A DNA stretch of 64,000 bases from Phaeosaccion multiseriatum (taxonomy: Eukaryota; Protista; Ochrophyta, other classes). The notes below the pieces were generated by a model. That model was not told where the DNA came from and did not search any database. It saw only the letters and a program-made list of their open reading frames with translations. Where the stretch lies: contig OZ218954.1 in the NCBI GenBank assembly GCA_965112735.1, positions 4,092,001 to 4,156,000 of the forward strand, written 5' to 3'. The first letter of the stretch is position 1. Each line of letters opens with the position of its first letter. Shown here piece after piece: positions 9,312-20,600 of this stretch. Made by a program: the position numbers and the translations under genes.

Positions 9312-12300
9312 CTACTGTATCATGACCACCGTCTCGAAGCCAACTTCCTCTAAGTTCACCGCCAACCGCACTCCCTCCCCAAATACAATGTCATCATCGT
9401 CTTCCCCCGTGTAGGGTAGCACAGTCGGCCCCTCCCAGTAGGAGGCCACTGCCGGCATCTCGGGGCAGCTCTGTGCAGGCAGGCCGAGCTCCGAGCACTC
9501 CTCAGCGGCGTTGCTGTGAGCGGCACGGGAGGGAGAGATTGGTGGGACGGTGAGTTGTAAGACGTCCACAGCGAGTCCAAAGGGACCAGGCAGAGGAGAG
9601 GGTCGTGCGGAGTGAAGGGAAGTAGGTCAGGGCAGTGAAGGTGAGCGAAGGGGAGAACCAAACGCAAGAAGAGAATGAAGTAACCAATGAAGGTGAAATT
9701 CCCGCGAAGAGCAGGGCCAGTGGGCACGCCCAGAGAGAATGAGAGTCCAGAGACGACGATCAGCACCGCCCCAACCCCCCCGTGTTGTGTGACGGGGACA
9801 CTCCACTGTGCTCACCATGCACCCTCTTCCTCCGAGACGCAGCACGACGTGGCAGTCTCGGCACTTAAATACGAGGTGCGCTCCTGCAGAGGATCAGACA
9901 AAGAGGTTGAGCGGCATGCGTGCGTGGCAGCAACGGACAGACCCCCTTGTATGTCAATTAAACCCCGATAAATGTATTTTTTTGGATCGGCTGGGGCGCG
10001 AGAGGGAGGAGATGAATACTAGATATACGGACTATCCCAGACGAAGCGCTTGCGCAAGCTTGAGGAAAACACAGTGAACTCGGGATTGGGCAGCTGAGAG
10101 CGTGCTCGCAGCAGCTTTGTGGCAAGAACTAGCGGGTGAGCGGCAAAGGTGCGTTTTTCTCCAACCTTAGTTTCGAGAGAGAGAGAGAGGACGGAGGGGG
10201 GTATACCCATAGAGATAAGCCGTGGGAAAGATAGGATCTCCTCTCCAGGAGTATACGAAACTTTTCATATGCACCGCATGCTCTTCCGCCTCCAGCTCGT
10301 TGGCAGTTTTGCCCCTGAAGTTAGGGTACTCCACCTTCACAGTTGCATGTCTCTGAGACGTGGACGCTGCTCTATTCTACCGATTTTCAGGGCCCATCAG
10401 GGCGTCATCTCGTCCGCAGGACACGTCTGATGACCCCCGTACCGCCGCTGTCCATGGGCGGAGGGCAAGAGGTCTATCGCAGGTCGTCACCCGAGGTGGC
10501 CGAAAAGGTGAGGGCGCACGAGAGGGGGAGAGGGCGTGAGATGGAAGGCTTCGCCTGGCAGTTACGAGCGGGGCAAGAGGGATCAACATCACTCATATAT
10601 AGCCTGGCTTGTGACCAAGTTTTAGCTTCAAAGGTCATAATCCCATGTGCAAAATCGCATACGTGTACTCCCCTCTCTTTTGCCTTTGAAGGGTCCTTTT
10701 TGTGAGGTCATGAGCAGCCGATCCCACGCCCTGTCAGAGCATCGGTCTTGCTTAAGGGGCGTAATACTAACTCCCCTGCCCCCTGTTATTGCGGGACGTG
10801 GGTGGTGGGGCGATCGGGGGGACTTCGACATCTTCTCCCGAGGTCACTGCACAGGTGGCGAAGTATGAGGGTGGAGAGGAAAGGGAAGGAACCTTCCCGG
10901 CAGAGTCAAGGGCGACACAAGGTATGTTGTGGCATCTAGTGTGTGATTTGTCAGATGTCCAACTTTCAGCTTCAGCGAGCTTAACCAGACATGGGAAATC
11001 ACCTCGTGTCCACCTCCCTAATTTTGGCCCCTTCGGTTAGGTCATCACGAGGGTCATTACCGGGGCAGGAGAACGACTGCGGCGACCATCCTGCCTCTCT
11101 TCAGGGAGCGAGAAGGTAAGGAGCAAGGGGTTCACGAGCGGGAGTGGCCAGACGAGCGGGGGGAAGAGAAGCAGGCGTCCAGATAGAAGTCAAGCTTATC
11201 CGCCTCGTCGTCCACCCCGGGGGACGCCGTTGCTGCACGATCAGCTGCAGCTCCTCCTGGCTACTGCGGATGAGCGTGCTCGTATTGAAGCCTACCAGCC
11301 ACGAGTGAGAGAAGCTCAATCAAGCAGCAGCTGGACGCGCCATCGGCTGCCGAGGCGGCCATGGGAGCTGAGCCGGAGAAAGGGGGGGGGGTAGCGTGCT
11401 GTTGCTGTGGGTGGTGGTGTTCGTCGTGGCACATGGTCGAAAAGCGAGAATGACTCAGGGCCGACAGGACGATGAGCCGCAAGGCCATACTCAAGTGGCT
11501 GACCGCCCTGTATGCAGAGAAAGTGGGGTGGAGGCCGTGGCAGGGGGGTTAGGAGCTGCCAGAGGAGGGCTTGGCGGGCTACCGAGACAGATTTCGCAGG
11601 TAAGACGGAGCCTCGTGCAGCATCTATAGTAGTAGTAGCCGTAGCAGCACCGATAAGGGGAGGAGGGGCAGTGTGTGTACAGTTGGAGCTGCCCATCCGT
11701 GAAATTGGGTTAAAATGACGAATATACACATAGATAGCGTTGTAAATCGCATCCTCGCCAAGGAGAGCATGTAAAGAGTACCAAATCGGCGCATGGTCAT
11801 AGGTATAGCCTCGCGTTGTATCTGGCCCATATCTATCGTCATACCCTCTCTCCCCCCTCGATCGAGGGTCAGGATGACGACGAAAAGGGGCCCTTCACAT
11901 CTGTAATGCTGTCTTTGCCTCAGATCTCCCGAAGCGCTTCGCCTGTGGTGCTCTGTAGCGTGCGTAATACCTCTTTTCCTGAGCCCACTCGAATTTTGGT
12001 TCTACTGATTTTCTACTGACATTTATCGGGGTTAATTGACATACAAGGGCTTCACTCGTCATTCGTAAGCACCCCCCCATCAATGGAGAGAGGCAGGCAG
12101 TAAGCAAGCACTTGCGTACTCCAGGCCCGTGCCAGCGAACCGCTTGGCGAAGTATTTTCCTCGCCAGCGCTTGGCAGGCCCGTGCGGTTTCGCAAGTCAC
12201 TCGAGAGTGCCCCTGGGCACTGATGGAAGCGCAAGAAGCTTCGCCACTGCACACCGCACTCGCGCAGCACGACGGATCGGAGTCCTCTCTTCCCTCTCCT

Positions 12301-12927
12301 CGCTGCGCGGTGCACAGGCTCACACCCTGAGCAAGGAGCGGAGCACGAGACGCACGAAAAGCAACAGGCAGTTTCAGGAGGCAGCAGCCAGTACGGGGCG
12401 GAAGAGCGAGCACGAGCGAGAGAGCAGAGCCGCGTATCGGAATTTTGTAACACTCAGCAATGCTTCTTCGTCTCTCTCACCATGCAGCTGTTTGGTCCCC
12501 GGCACAAAGCGGTGGACCGTTTCAGCAGAGCTGCGCGATAGCATGCGTAATCGCCCTCACAAGCCACACGTGAAGTCCCGCTGAAGGTGGTGAGGTCACA
12601 GCTGTCCTTCCCACTGCAGACCACGTTACAGTTCTCAAACGTCTTGAAGGAGGGCTCGGGGTCCCACACGTTAACGCTACTACTGCAGGCATTGGAATCT
12701 GCCCCCTCTGCCGTGGGCAGGAAGGGGGCGGAGCAGACAAAGCTCCTGTCCTCCGTGGGGTCGCAGGCGCACGTTTCGTACAGGCCACGAATGGTCGTGT
12801 CTCCCCGGTACGCGTTAGCATCTCCGGCGGTGAAGCGCACGCACGCCTCTTTGAAGCTGAGGCTGCTGCCTCCCCCGCTGAGGGGGGCAAGGCCCAGCGC
12901 CGACAGCCCCGTCTTCAAGCCAATTAT
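9312..12927 (-). pseudogene. Duplicate of the Cys-rich gene, likely impaired
   Basis: Same exons as 155-1686. The start ATG reads ATA (~12925-12927), the exon-2 donor reads GC (GCGAGG, ~12163), and a 2.1-kb TIR element sits in intron 2. Exon frames are otherwise open, with in-frame indels. Confidence 0.55.
9944..12049. mobile_element. 2.1-kb non-autonomous DNA transposon-like insertion with ~31-bp terminal inverted repeats (CCC...GGG)
   Basis: The left end CCCTTGTATGTCAATTAAACCCCGATAAATGT matches the reverse complement of the right end ACATTTATCGGGGTTAATTGACATACAAGGG with one 1-nt indel. It is absent at the homologous site (~827) in copy 1. No recognisable transposase ORF and no clean TSD. 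Confidence 0.85.
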
Positions 12928-14181
12928 GATTCACACGTAGTCTGCCCTGGAGCTTAGTGTGAGCGACGTGTGCGGGGAAAGTGGAAGAGATCCGACGGAG
13001 GGATGAAAGTGGGAGGGGGGAAGCGAATCAGCACCAACCTCGATTCCCCTGCGATTCGACAAGGATAGAGGGTCCTCGCGGTCGTGCTACAGAGATAAAA
13101 AATAGAAGTACGAGATAGAATGCCAAGATGAACGGGAGCAGCGTATATTGCAGCGAGCTTCCCTGAACTCCCCCTCAGCAGGCGCAAAAACGCAGCGCCT
13201 GGCTGCCTGCAGGATAGACTTACCTTTGCCTGCTCCAAGGATCTCGGTCGTGCGGGTGAGAGACCTTGTGAGGGGGATAAAGCGCAATGGCAGCTCTGGG
13301 GGAGCAGAGCTCGTGTGTGTCGTTAATTTTGTAGTGGTGTTTTGCTCTTCCCCCCAACAGGCAAGAATTAGCGCGAACTGGTTGTCCAAACTTGCGTCGC
13401 CAGCCTGTATTCTCCTCCCCCCTATTTCCCTTATCATTCTTGGGGAAAAAATAGGCAAGTGAAAAGGCTATAAGAGCGGTATCGACCTGCACCTTACACA
13501 CCCAGTATACACTATCCTTGTCTAAGGTCTACAGCTCTTTGCGCCCAAAAAATGGCTCTTTTCTTCTGCTTGGTTTTGCGCGGTCATATGGGGTGGGAGG
13601 GGGGTGGACTTGGTGGGTGGGGGGTTGGGGGATGGAGACCAAGGGCAATGCAGTGAGAGAAGCACAGAGAGAGAGAGAGTGAAAGAGGGAGAGGGACAGA
13701 GAGTGAGAGGGAGATGGAGAGAGGGAGAAAAAGAGACGGTCTGACTGCGAAAAAGAGCAAACCGTAGAGGTGTATGGGGAGAGGAGGCTGTGAGTGGGAC
13801 ATACACCGCTTACCAACTCCTGCAGCCCTAGCCAGGGGGGGGGGCTTAGCCAGGCTCGTCGCGTAAAATTACCGGTACATTTTGTAACTGTTGCGTATGT
13901 TGCCCCCCAATTGCACACCGCAGACCCTCCGGAGGCCTGACGGTGTACGACGCGGTGGCCAAGGGCATGGAGGAGGTCAACCTCGGCAGCAGGACCATCA
14001 GCACCAAGCAGTGCCTTTCCTGGTTCAACTTCAGGTGGGTGGGATGGCAGTGAATGGAGGAGGCGGAGGAGGAGGATGGCAGTGGATGGGATGGAGCGGA
14101 TGGAGAAAGATGATGGCAGTGGATGGAGGTGGAGGATGGCATTGGACCATGAAGTGTGAGTGTGTGACTCTACACGCGTAC

Positions 14182-14219
14182 AAGGCCAGGAGGGCGGTGC
14201 CGAAGAAGGAGAAGCGCAT
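14182..14219 (-). pseudogene. Second copy of the decapitated family member (MRFSFFGTALLA)
   Basis: Duplicate of 3387-3424 within the segmental duplication, with the same truncation junction. Confidence 0.7.
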
Positions 14220-14633
14220 GTGATGTCGGGGGGTTGCAAGAATATAATACGCGCCGCGCAGCATCTCGAGCAGTTGGGGCTTTGGACTCACAGAATTGTT
14301 GACTTACTGGAACCTTTTTTCGATCGGAGCTGATTCCAAGGCGGCTCAAGAGTGGCTCAAACTAAGATTCACAAGCGGCTTAAACGGCTGGTCATTCGTG
14401 CCTCAAGTCTCACTCAACTGCGAAAGCACACTTTCATTTTTATAGAGAGTGATAAAGCTATAATAACAATGGTGGTAGGAGAGGGTCTTGTTGTCTCACG
14501 GGTCGTCCTCTGGAGCAAGGCAACACTTCTACATCAGAGGAATAGACACCAGCTGATGACATGGCCTTCCATTAATAGATCTTACGAGCAATTTAATCTG
14601 TCAATAAAGAGTTTTCGGGGCGACCTCACCACT

Positions 14634-17600
14634 TCACCACCATTTCCCCTTTCCCTTGCCGCCCTTCTGTGAGTGACAAGCGACAAAAGCGGAGCGAAGA
14701 GAGGGAGGTGCGTGAGTAAAAAGTGTGTGAGAGAGAGAGTTCCCCGCGGACAAGAGCGAACAGACCTTTCTTTTGCGATGCTTCTTTCCCTTCTTGTTCT
14801 GATGACAAAGTGAGAGAGATGAAGGAGAAGTAGGAGGTGGGTGAGTGACAAGCTAGGCACACAAGAAAAAACCGAGAGGATAGAAGGAAGAGGCGGAACA
14901 GACCTTTCTTTTGCGATGCTTCTTTCCCTTCTTGTTCTGATGACAAAGTGAGAGAGAGTGAAGGAGAAGTAGGAGGTGGGTGAGTGACAATCTAGACACA
15001 ATCAAGAAAAGCGAGAGGATAGAAGGAACACACCTTTCTTTTGCGATGCTTCTTTCCCTTCTTGTTCTGATGACAAAGTGAGAGAGAGTGAAAGAGAAGT
15101 AGGAGGTGGGTGAGTGACAATCTAGACACAATCAAGAAAAGCGAGAGGATAGAAGGAGCGGAACAGACCTTTCTCTTGCGATGCTTCTTTCCCTTGGACT
15201 TGTCCTTGGAAGAATCCTTACTGTCCTTGGAGGAATCCTTGCTGTCCGAGGAATCCTTGCTGACAGACGTAGGTGCCGCTGTCCACACAGGCTGAGGCGT
15301 GGGCTTTGGAGTGGTTGGGGGAGGGAGAGAGAGTGGGGGAGGGGAGGAAGAAGAGGGAAGGGCAAGTGGGGTGAGGGGAGGAGGAAGGAGCCGGAAAGGA
15401 CGGGAATGGCATGGAGGGAGCTTTCCCCCTCACGGGTGAGATTGCTTACCTTCATGGTGGGGGCGGGCGTAGGTGCCGCTGTCCAGACTGGCTTGGTCGT
15501 GGGAGCGGGGGTAGGAGCGTCCGTAGGAGCCCTCGTGGGCTGTGGGCGGGAAAGCGAGCACGGGAAGGAAGGACGGACATGAAGTGGAGCAAGGGGTAAG
15601 AGACGCGTGAGGCTTAGCGGGGAGCGTAAAGCTGAAACGGGCCGATCACATGAGGTCGACGGGCACAGCAGACTGCCCATGACTGCTGAGATGGCGTACC
15701 TTCATCGTCGGGGCGAACGTAGGTGCGGCTGTCCAGACTGGCTTGGTCGTAGGAGCGGGGGTAGGTGCATCCGTAGGAGCCCTCGTGGGCTGTGGAAGGA
15801 AGGACGGACATGAAATGGAGCAAGAGTTAGGGAAAGGCGACGCTTCGGGGGGGCGTAGAGCTGAAGCGGGCCGATCACATGAGGTCGACGGGTACAGCAG
15901 ACTGCCCATGACTGCTGAGATTGCTCACCTTCATTGTCGGGGCGGGGGTAGGTGCATCCGTAGGAGCCCTCGTGGGCTGTGGGTGGGGAAGCGAGCACGG
16001 GAAGGAAGGATCGAAATGGAGCAAGGGGTAAGAGACGCGTGAGGCTTAGCGGGGAGCGTAGAGCTGAAACGGGCCGATCCCATGAGGTCGACGGGCACAG
16101 CAGACTGCCCATGACTGCTGAGATGGCTCACCTTCATGGTGGGCGCGAACGTAGGTGCCGCTGTCCAGACGGGCTTGGTCGTAGGAGCGGGGGTAGGTGC
16201 ATCCGTGGGAGCCCTCGTGGGCTGTGGGTGGGGAAGCGAGCACGGGAAGGAAGGACGGACATGAAGTGGAGCAAGGGGTAAGAGACGCGTGAGGCTTAGC
16301 GGGGAGCGTAGAGCTGAAACGGGCCGATCACATGAGCTCGACGGGCACAGCAGACTGCCCATGCCTGCTGAGATGACTCACCTTCATCGTCGGGGCGGGG
16401 GTAGGTGCATCCGTAGGAGCCCTCGTGGGCTGTGGGGGGGGAAGCGAGCAAGGGAAGGAAGGACGGACATGAAGTGGAGCAAGGGGTAAGAGACGCATGA
16501 GTGAGGCTTAGCGGGGAGCGTAGAGCTGAAGCGGGCCGATCACATGAGGTCGACGGGCACGGCGCACTGCCCATGACTGCTGAGATGGCTTACCTTCATG
16601 GTGGGGGCGGGCGTAGGTGCGGCTGTCCAGACTGGCTTGGTCGTAGGAGCGGGGGTAGGAGCGTCCGTAGGAGCCCTCGTGGGCTGTTAGTGGAGGAGCG
16701 AGCACGTGAAGGAAGGGCGGACATGAGATGGAGCAAGGGGTAAGAGACGCGTGAGGCTTAGCGGGGAGCGTAGAGCTGAAACGGGCCGATCACATGAGCT
16801 CGACGGGCACGGCGCACTGCCCATGACTGCTGAGATGGCTCACCTTCATGGTGGGGGCGGGGGTAGGTGCATCCGTAGGAGTCCTCGTGGGCTGTGGGTG
16901 GGGAAGCGAGCAAGGCAAGGAAGGATCGAAATGAAATGGAGCAAGCGTGAAGGAAAGGCGAGGCTTCGGGGGGGCGTAGAGCTGAAACGGGCCGATCACA
17001 TGAGGTCGACGGGCACAGCAGACTGCCCATGACGACTGAGATTGCTCACCTTCATCGTCGGGGCGGGGGTAGGTGCGGCTGTCCAGACTGGCTTGGTCGT
17101 AGGCGCGGGGGTAGGAGCGTCCGTAGGAGCCCTCGTGGGCTGTGGGTGGAGGGGCGAGCAAGAGAAGGAAGGGCGGACATGAAATGGAGCAAGGGGTAAG
17201 AGACGCGTGAGGCTTAGCGGGGAGCGTAGAGCTCAAACGGGCCGATCACATGAGCTCGACGGGCACAGCAGACTGCCCATGACTGCTGCGTTTGCTCACC
17301 TTCATCGTCGGGGCGGGGGTAGGTGCATCCGTGGGAGCCCTCGTGGGCTGTGGGTGGGGAAGCGAGCAAGGGAAGGAAGGACGGACATGAAGTGGAGCAA
17401 GGGGTAAGAGGCGCGTGAGGCTTAGCGGGGAGCGTAGAGCTCAAACGGGCCGATCACATGAGCTCGACGGGCACAGCAGACTGCCCATGACTGCTGAGAT
17501 TGCTTACCTCCATCGTAGGGGCGGGGGTAGGTGCATCCGTAGGAGCCCTCGTGGGCTGTGGGTGGGGAAGCGAGCAAGGGAAGGAAGGGCGGACATGAAG

Positions 17601-20600
17601 TGGAGCAAGGGGTAAGAGGCGCGTGAGGCTTAGCGGGGAGCGTAGAGCTCAAACGGGCCGATCACATGAGCTCGACGGGCACAGCAGACTGCCCATGACT
17701 GCTGAGATTGCTTACCTCCATCGTAGGGGCGGGGGTAGGTGCATCCGTAGGAGCCCTCGTGGGCTGTGGGTGGGGAAGCGAGCAAGGGAAGGAAGGACGG
17801 ACATGAAATGGAGCAAGGGGTAAGAGACGCGTGAGTGAGGCTTAGCGGGGAGCGTAGAGCTCAAACGGGCCGATCACATGAGCTCGACGGGACACAGCAG
17901 ACTGCCCATGACTGCTGAGATGGCTCACCTTCATCGTCGGGGCGGGGGTAGGTGCATCCGTAGGAGCCCTCGTGGGCTGTGGGTGGGGAAGCGAGCAAGG
18001 GAAGGAAGGATGGACATGAAATGGAGCAAGGGGTAAGAGACGCTGAGGCTTAGCGGGAGCGTAGAGCTGAAACGGGCCGATCACATGAGCTCGACGGGCA
18101 CGGCGCACTGCCCATGACTACTGAGATTCCTTCCCTTCATCGTGGGGGCGGGCGTAGGTGCGGCTGTCCAGACTGGCTTGGTCGTAGGCGCGGGGGTAGG
18201 AGCGTCCGTAGGAGCCCTCGTGGGCTGTGAGTGGAGGAGCGAGCAAGGGAAGGAAGGGCGGACATGAAATGGAGCAAGGGGTAAGAGACGCGTGAGGCTT
18301 AGCGGGGAGCGTAGAGCTGAAACGGGCCGATCACATGAGCTCGACGGGCACAGCCTACGGCTCACCTTCATCGTCGGGGCGGGGGTAGGTGCATCCGTAG
18401 GAGCCCTCGTGGGCTGTGGGTGGAGGAGCGAGCAAGGGAAGGAAGGACGGACATGAAGTGGAGCAAGGGGTAAGAGACGCATGAGGCTTAGCGGGGAGCG
18501 TAGAGCTCAAACGGGCCGATCACATGAGCTCGACGGGCACAGCAGACTTCCCCTGACTGCTGAGATTGCTCACCTTCATCGTCGGGGCGGGAGTAGGTGC
18601 ATCCGTTGGAGCCCTCGTGGGCTGAGAGGGGGGAAGCGAGCACGGGAAGGAAGGACGGACATGAAATGGAGCAAGGGGTAAGAGACGCGTGAGTGAGGCT
18701 TAGCGGGGAGCGTAGAGCTGAAACGGGCCGATCACATGAGGTCGACGGGCACGGCGCACTGCCCATGACTGCTGAGATTGCTTACCTTCATCGTCGGGGC
18801 GGGCGTAGGTGCGGCTGTCCAGACTGGCTTGGTCGTGGGAGCGGGGGTAGGAGCGTCCGTGGGAGCCCTCGTGGGCTGTGGGTGGAGGAGCGAGCACGGG
18901 AAGGAAGGGCGGACATGAAGTGGAGCAAGGGTTAAGAGACGCGTGAGGCTTAGCGGGGAGCGTAGAGCTCAAACGGGACGATCACATGAGGTCGACGGGC
19001 ACAGCAGACTGCCCATGACTGCTGAGATTACTCACCTTCATCGTCGGGGCGGGGGTAGGTGCATCCGTAGGAGCCCTCGTGGGCTGTGGGTGGGGAAGCG
19101 AGCAAGGCAAGGAAGGACGGACATGAAATGGAGCAAGGGGAAAGAGACGCGTGAGGCTTAGCGGGGAGCGTAGAGCTGAAACGGGCCGATCACATGAGCT
19201 CGACGGGCACAGCAGACAGCCCATGACTGCTGAGAGTACTCACCTTCATCGTCGGGGCGGGGGTAGGTGCATCCGTAGGAGCCCTCGTGGGCTTGGGGGG
19301 GGAAGCGAGCAAGGGAGGGAAGGACGGACATGAAGAGGAGCAAGGGGTAAGAGACGCGTGAGTGAGGCTTAGCGGGGAGCGTAGAGCTCAAACGGGCCGA
19401 TCACATGCGCTCGACGGGCACAGCAGACTGCCCATGACTGCTGAGATGGCTCACCTTCATCGTCGGGGCGGGGGTAGGTGCATCCGTGGGAGCCCTCGTG
19501 GGCTGTGGGTGGGGAAGCGAGCAAGGGAAGGAGGGACGGAAGGGGTAGGAGGCGCGTGAGGCTTAGCGGGGAGCGTAGAGCTCAAGCGGGCCGATCACAT
19601 GAGGTCGCCGGGCACAGCAGACTGCCCATGACTGCTGAGATGGCTCACCTTCATGGTGGGGGCGGGGGTAGGTGCATCCGTAGGAGCCCTCGTGGGCTGT
19701 GGGTGGGGAAGCAAGCAAGGGAAGGAAGGACGGACATGAAGTGGAGCAAGGGGTAAGAGACGCGTGAGGCTTAGCGGGGAGCGTAGAGCTGAAACGGGCC
19801 GATCACATGAGCTCGACGGGCACGGCGCACTGCCCATGACTGCTGAGATGGCGTACCTTCATGGTGGGGGCGGGCGTAGGTGCGGCTGTCCAGACTGGCT
19901 CGGTCGTAGGCGCGGGGGTAGGAGCGTCCGTAGGAGCCCTCGTGGGCTGTGAGTGGAGGAGCGAGCAAGGGAAGGAAGGGCGGACATGAAATGGAGCAAG
20001 GGGTAAGAGACGCGTGAGGCTTAGCGGGGAGCGTAGAGCTGAAACGGGCCGATCACATGAGCTCGACGGGCACAGCAGACGGCCCATGACTGCTGAGTTT
20101 GCTAACCTTCATCGTCGGGGCGGGGGTAGGTGCATCCGTAGGAGCCCTCGTGGGCTGTTGGTGGTGAGGCGAGCAAGGGAAGGAAGTCAGACACGAAGTG
20201 GGGCAAGTGGTAAGAGACGCGTGAGGCTTAGCGAGGAGCGTAGAGCTCAAACGGGCCGATCACATGAGCTCGACGGGCACCGCAGACTGCCCATGACTGC
20301 TGAGATTACTCACCTTCATCGTCGGGGCGGGGGTAGGTGCATCCGTAGGAGCCCTCGTGGGCTTGGGGTGGGGAAGCGAGCAAGGGAAGGAAGGACGGAC
20401 ATGAAGTGGAGCAAGGGGTAAGAGACGCGTGAGTGAGGCTTAGCGGGGAGCGTAGAGCTCAAACGGGCCGATCACATGAGCTCGACGGGCACAGCAGACA
20501 GCCCATGACTGCTGAGATTACTCACCTTCATCGTCGGGGCGGGGGTAGGTGCATCCGTAGGAGCCCTCGTGGGCTGTGGGTGGGGAAGCGAGCAAGGGAA

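Larger units (their letters stand above)
9158..15330 (+). repeat. Segmental duplication, copy 2
   Basis: Matches 1-~4380. Differences are an insertion at 9944-12049, loss of ~440 bp (2676-3117 of copy 1) and a different number of tail micro-exons. Confidence 0.92.

Noticed and set aside
10000-12000. Transposase inside the TIR element
   Set aside because: Only short ORFs, with no DDE/D or other recognisable motif.
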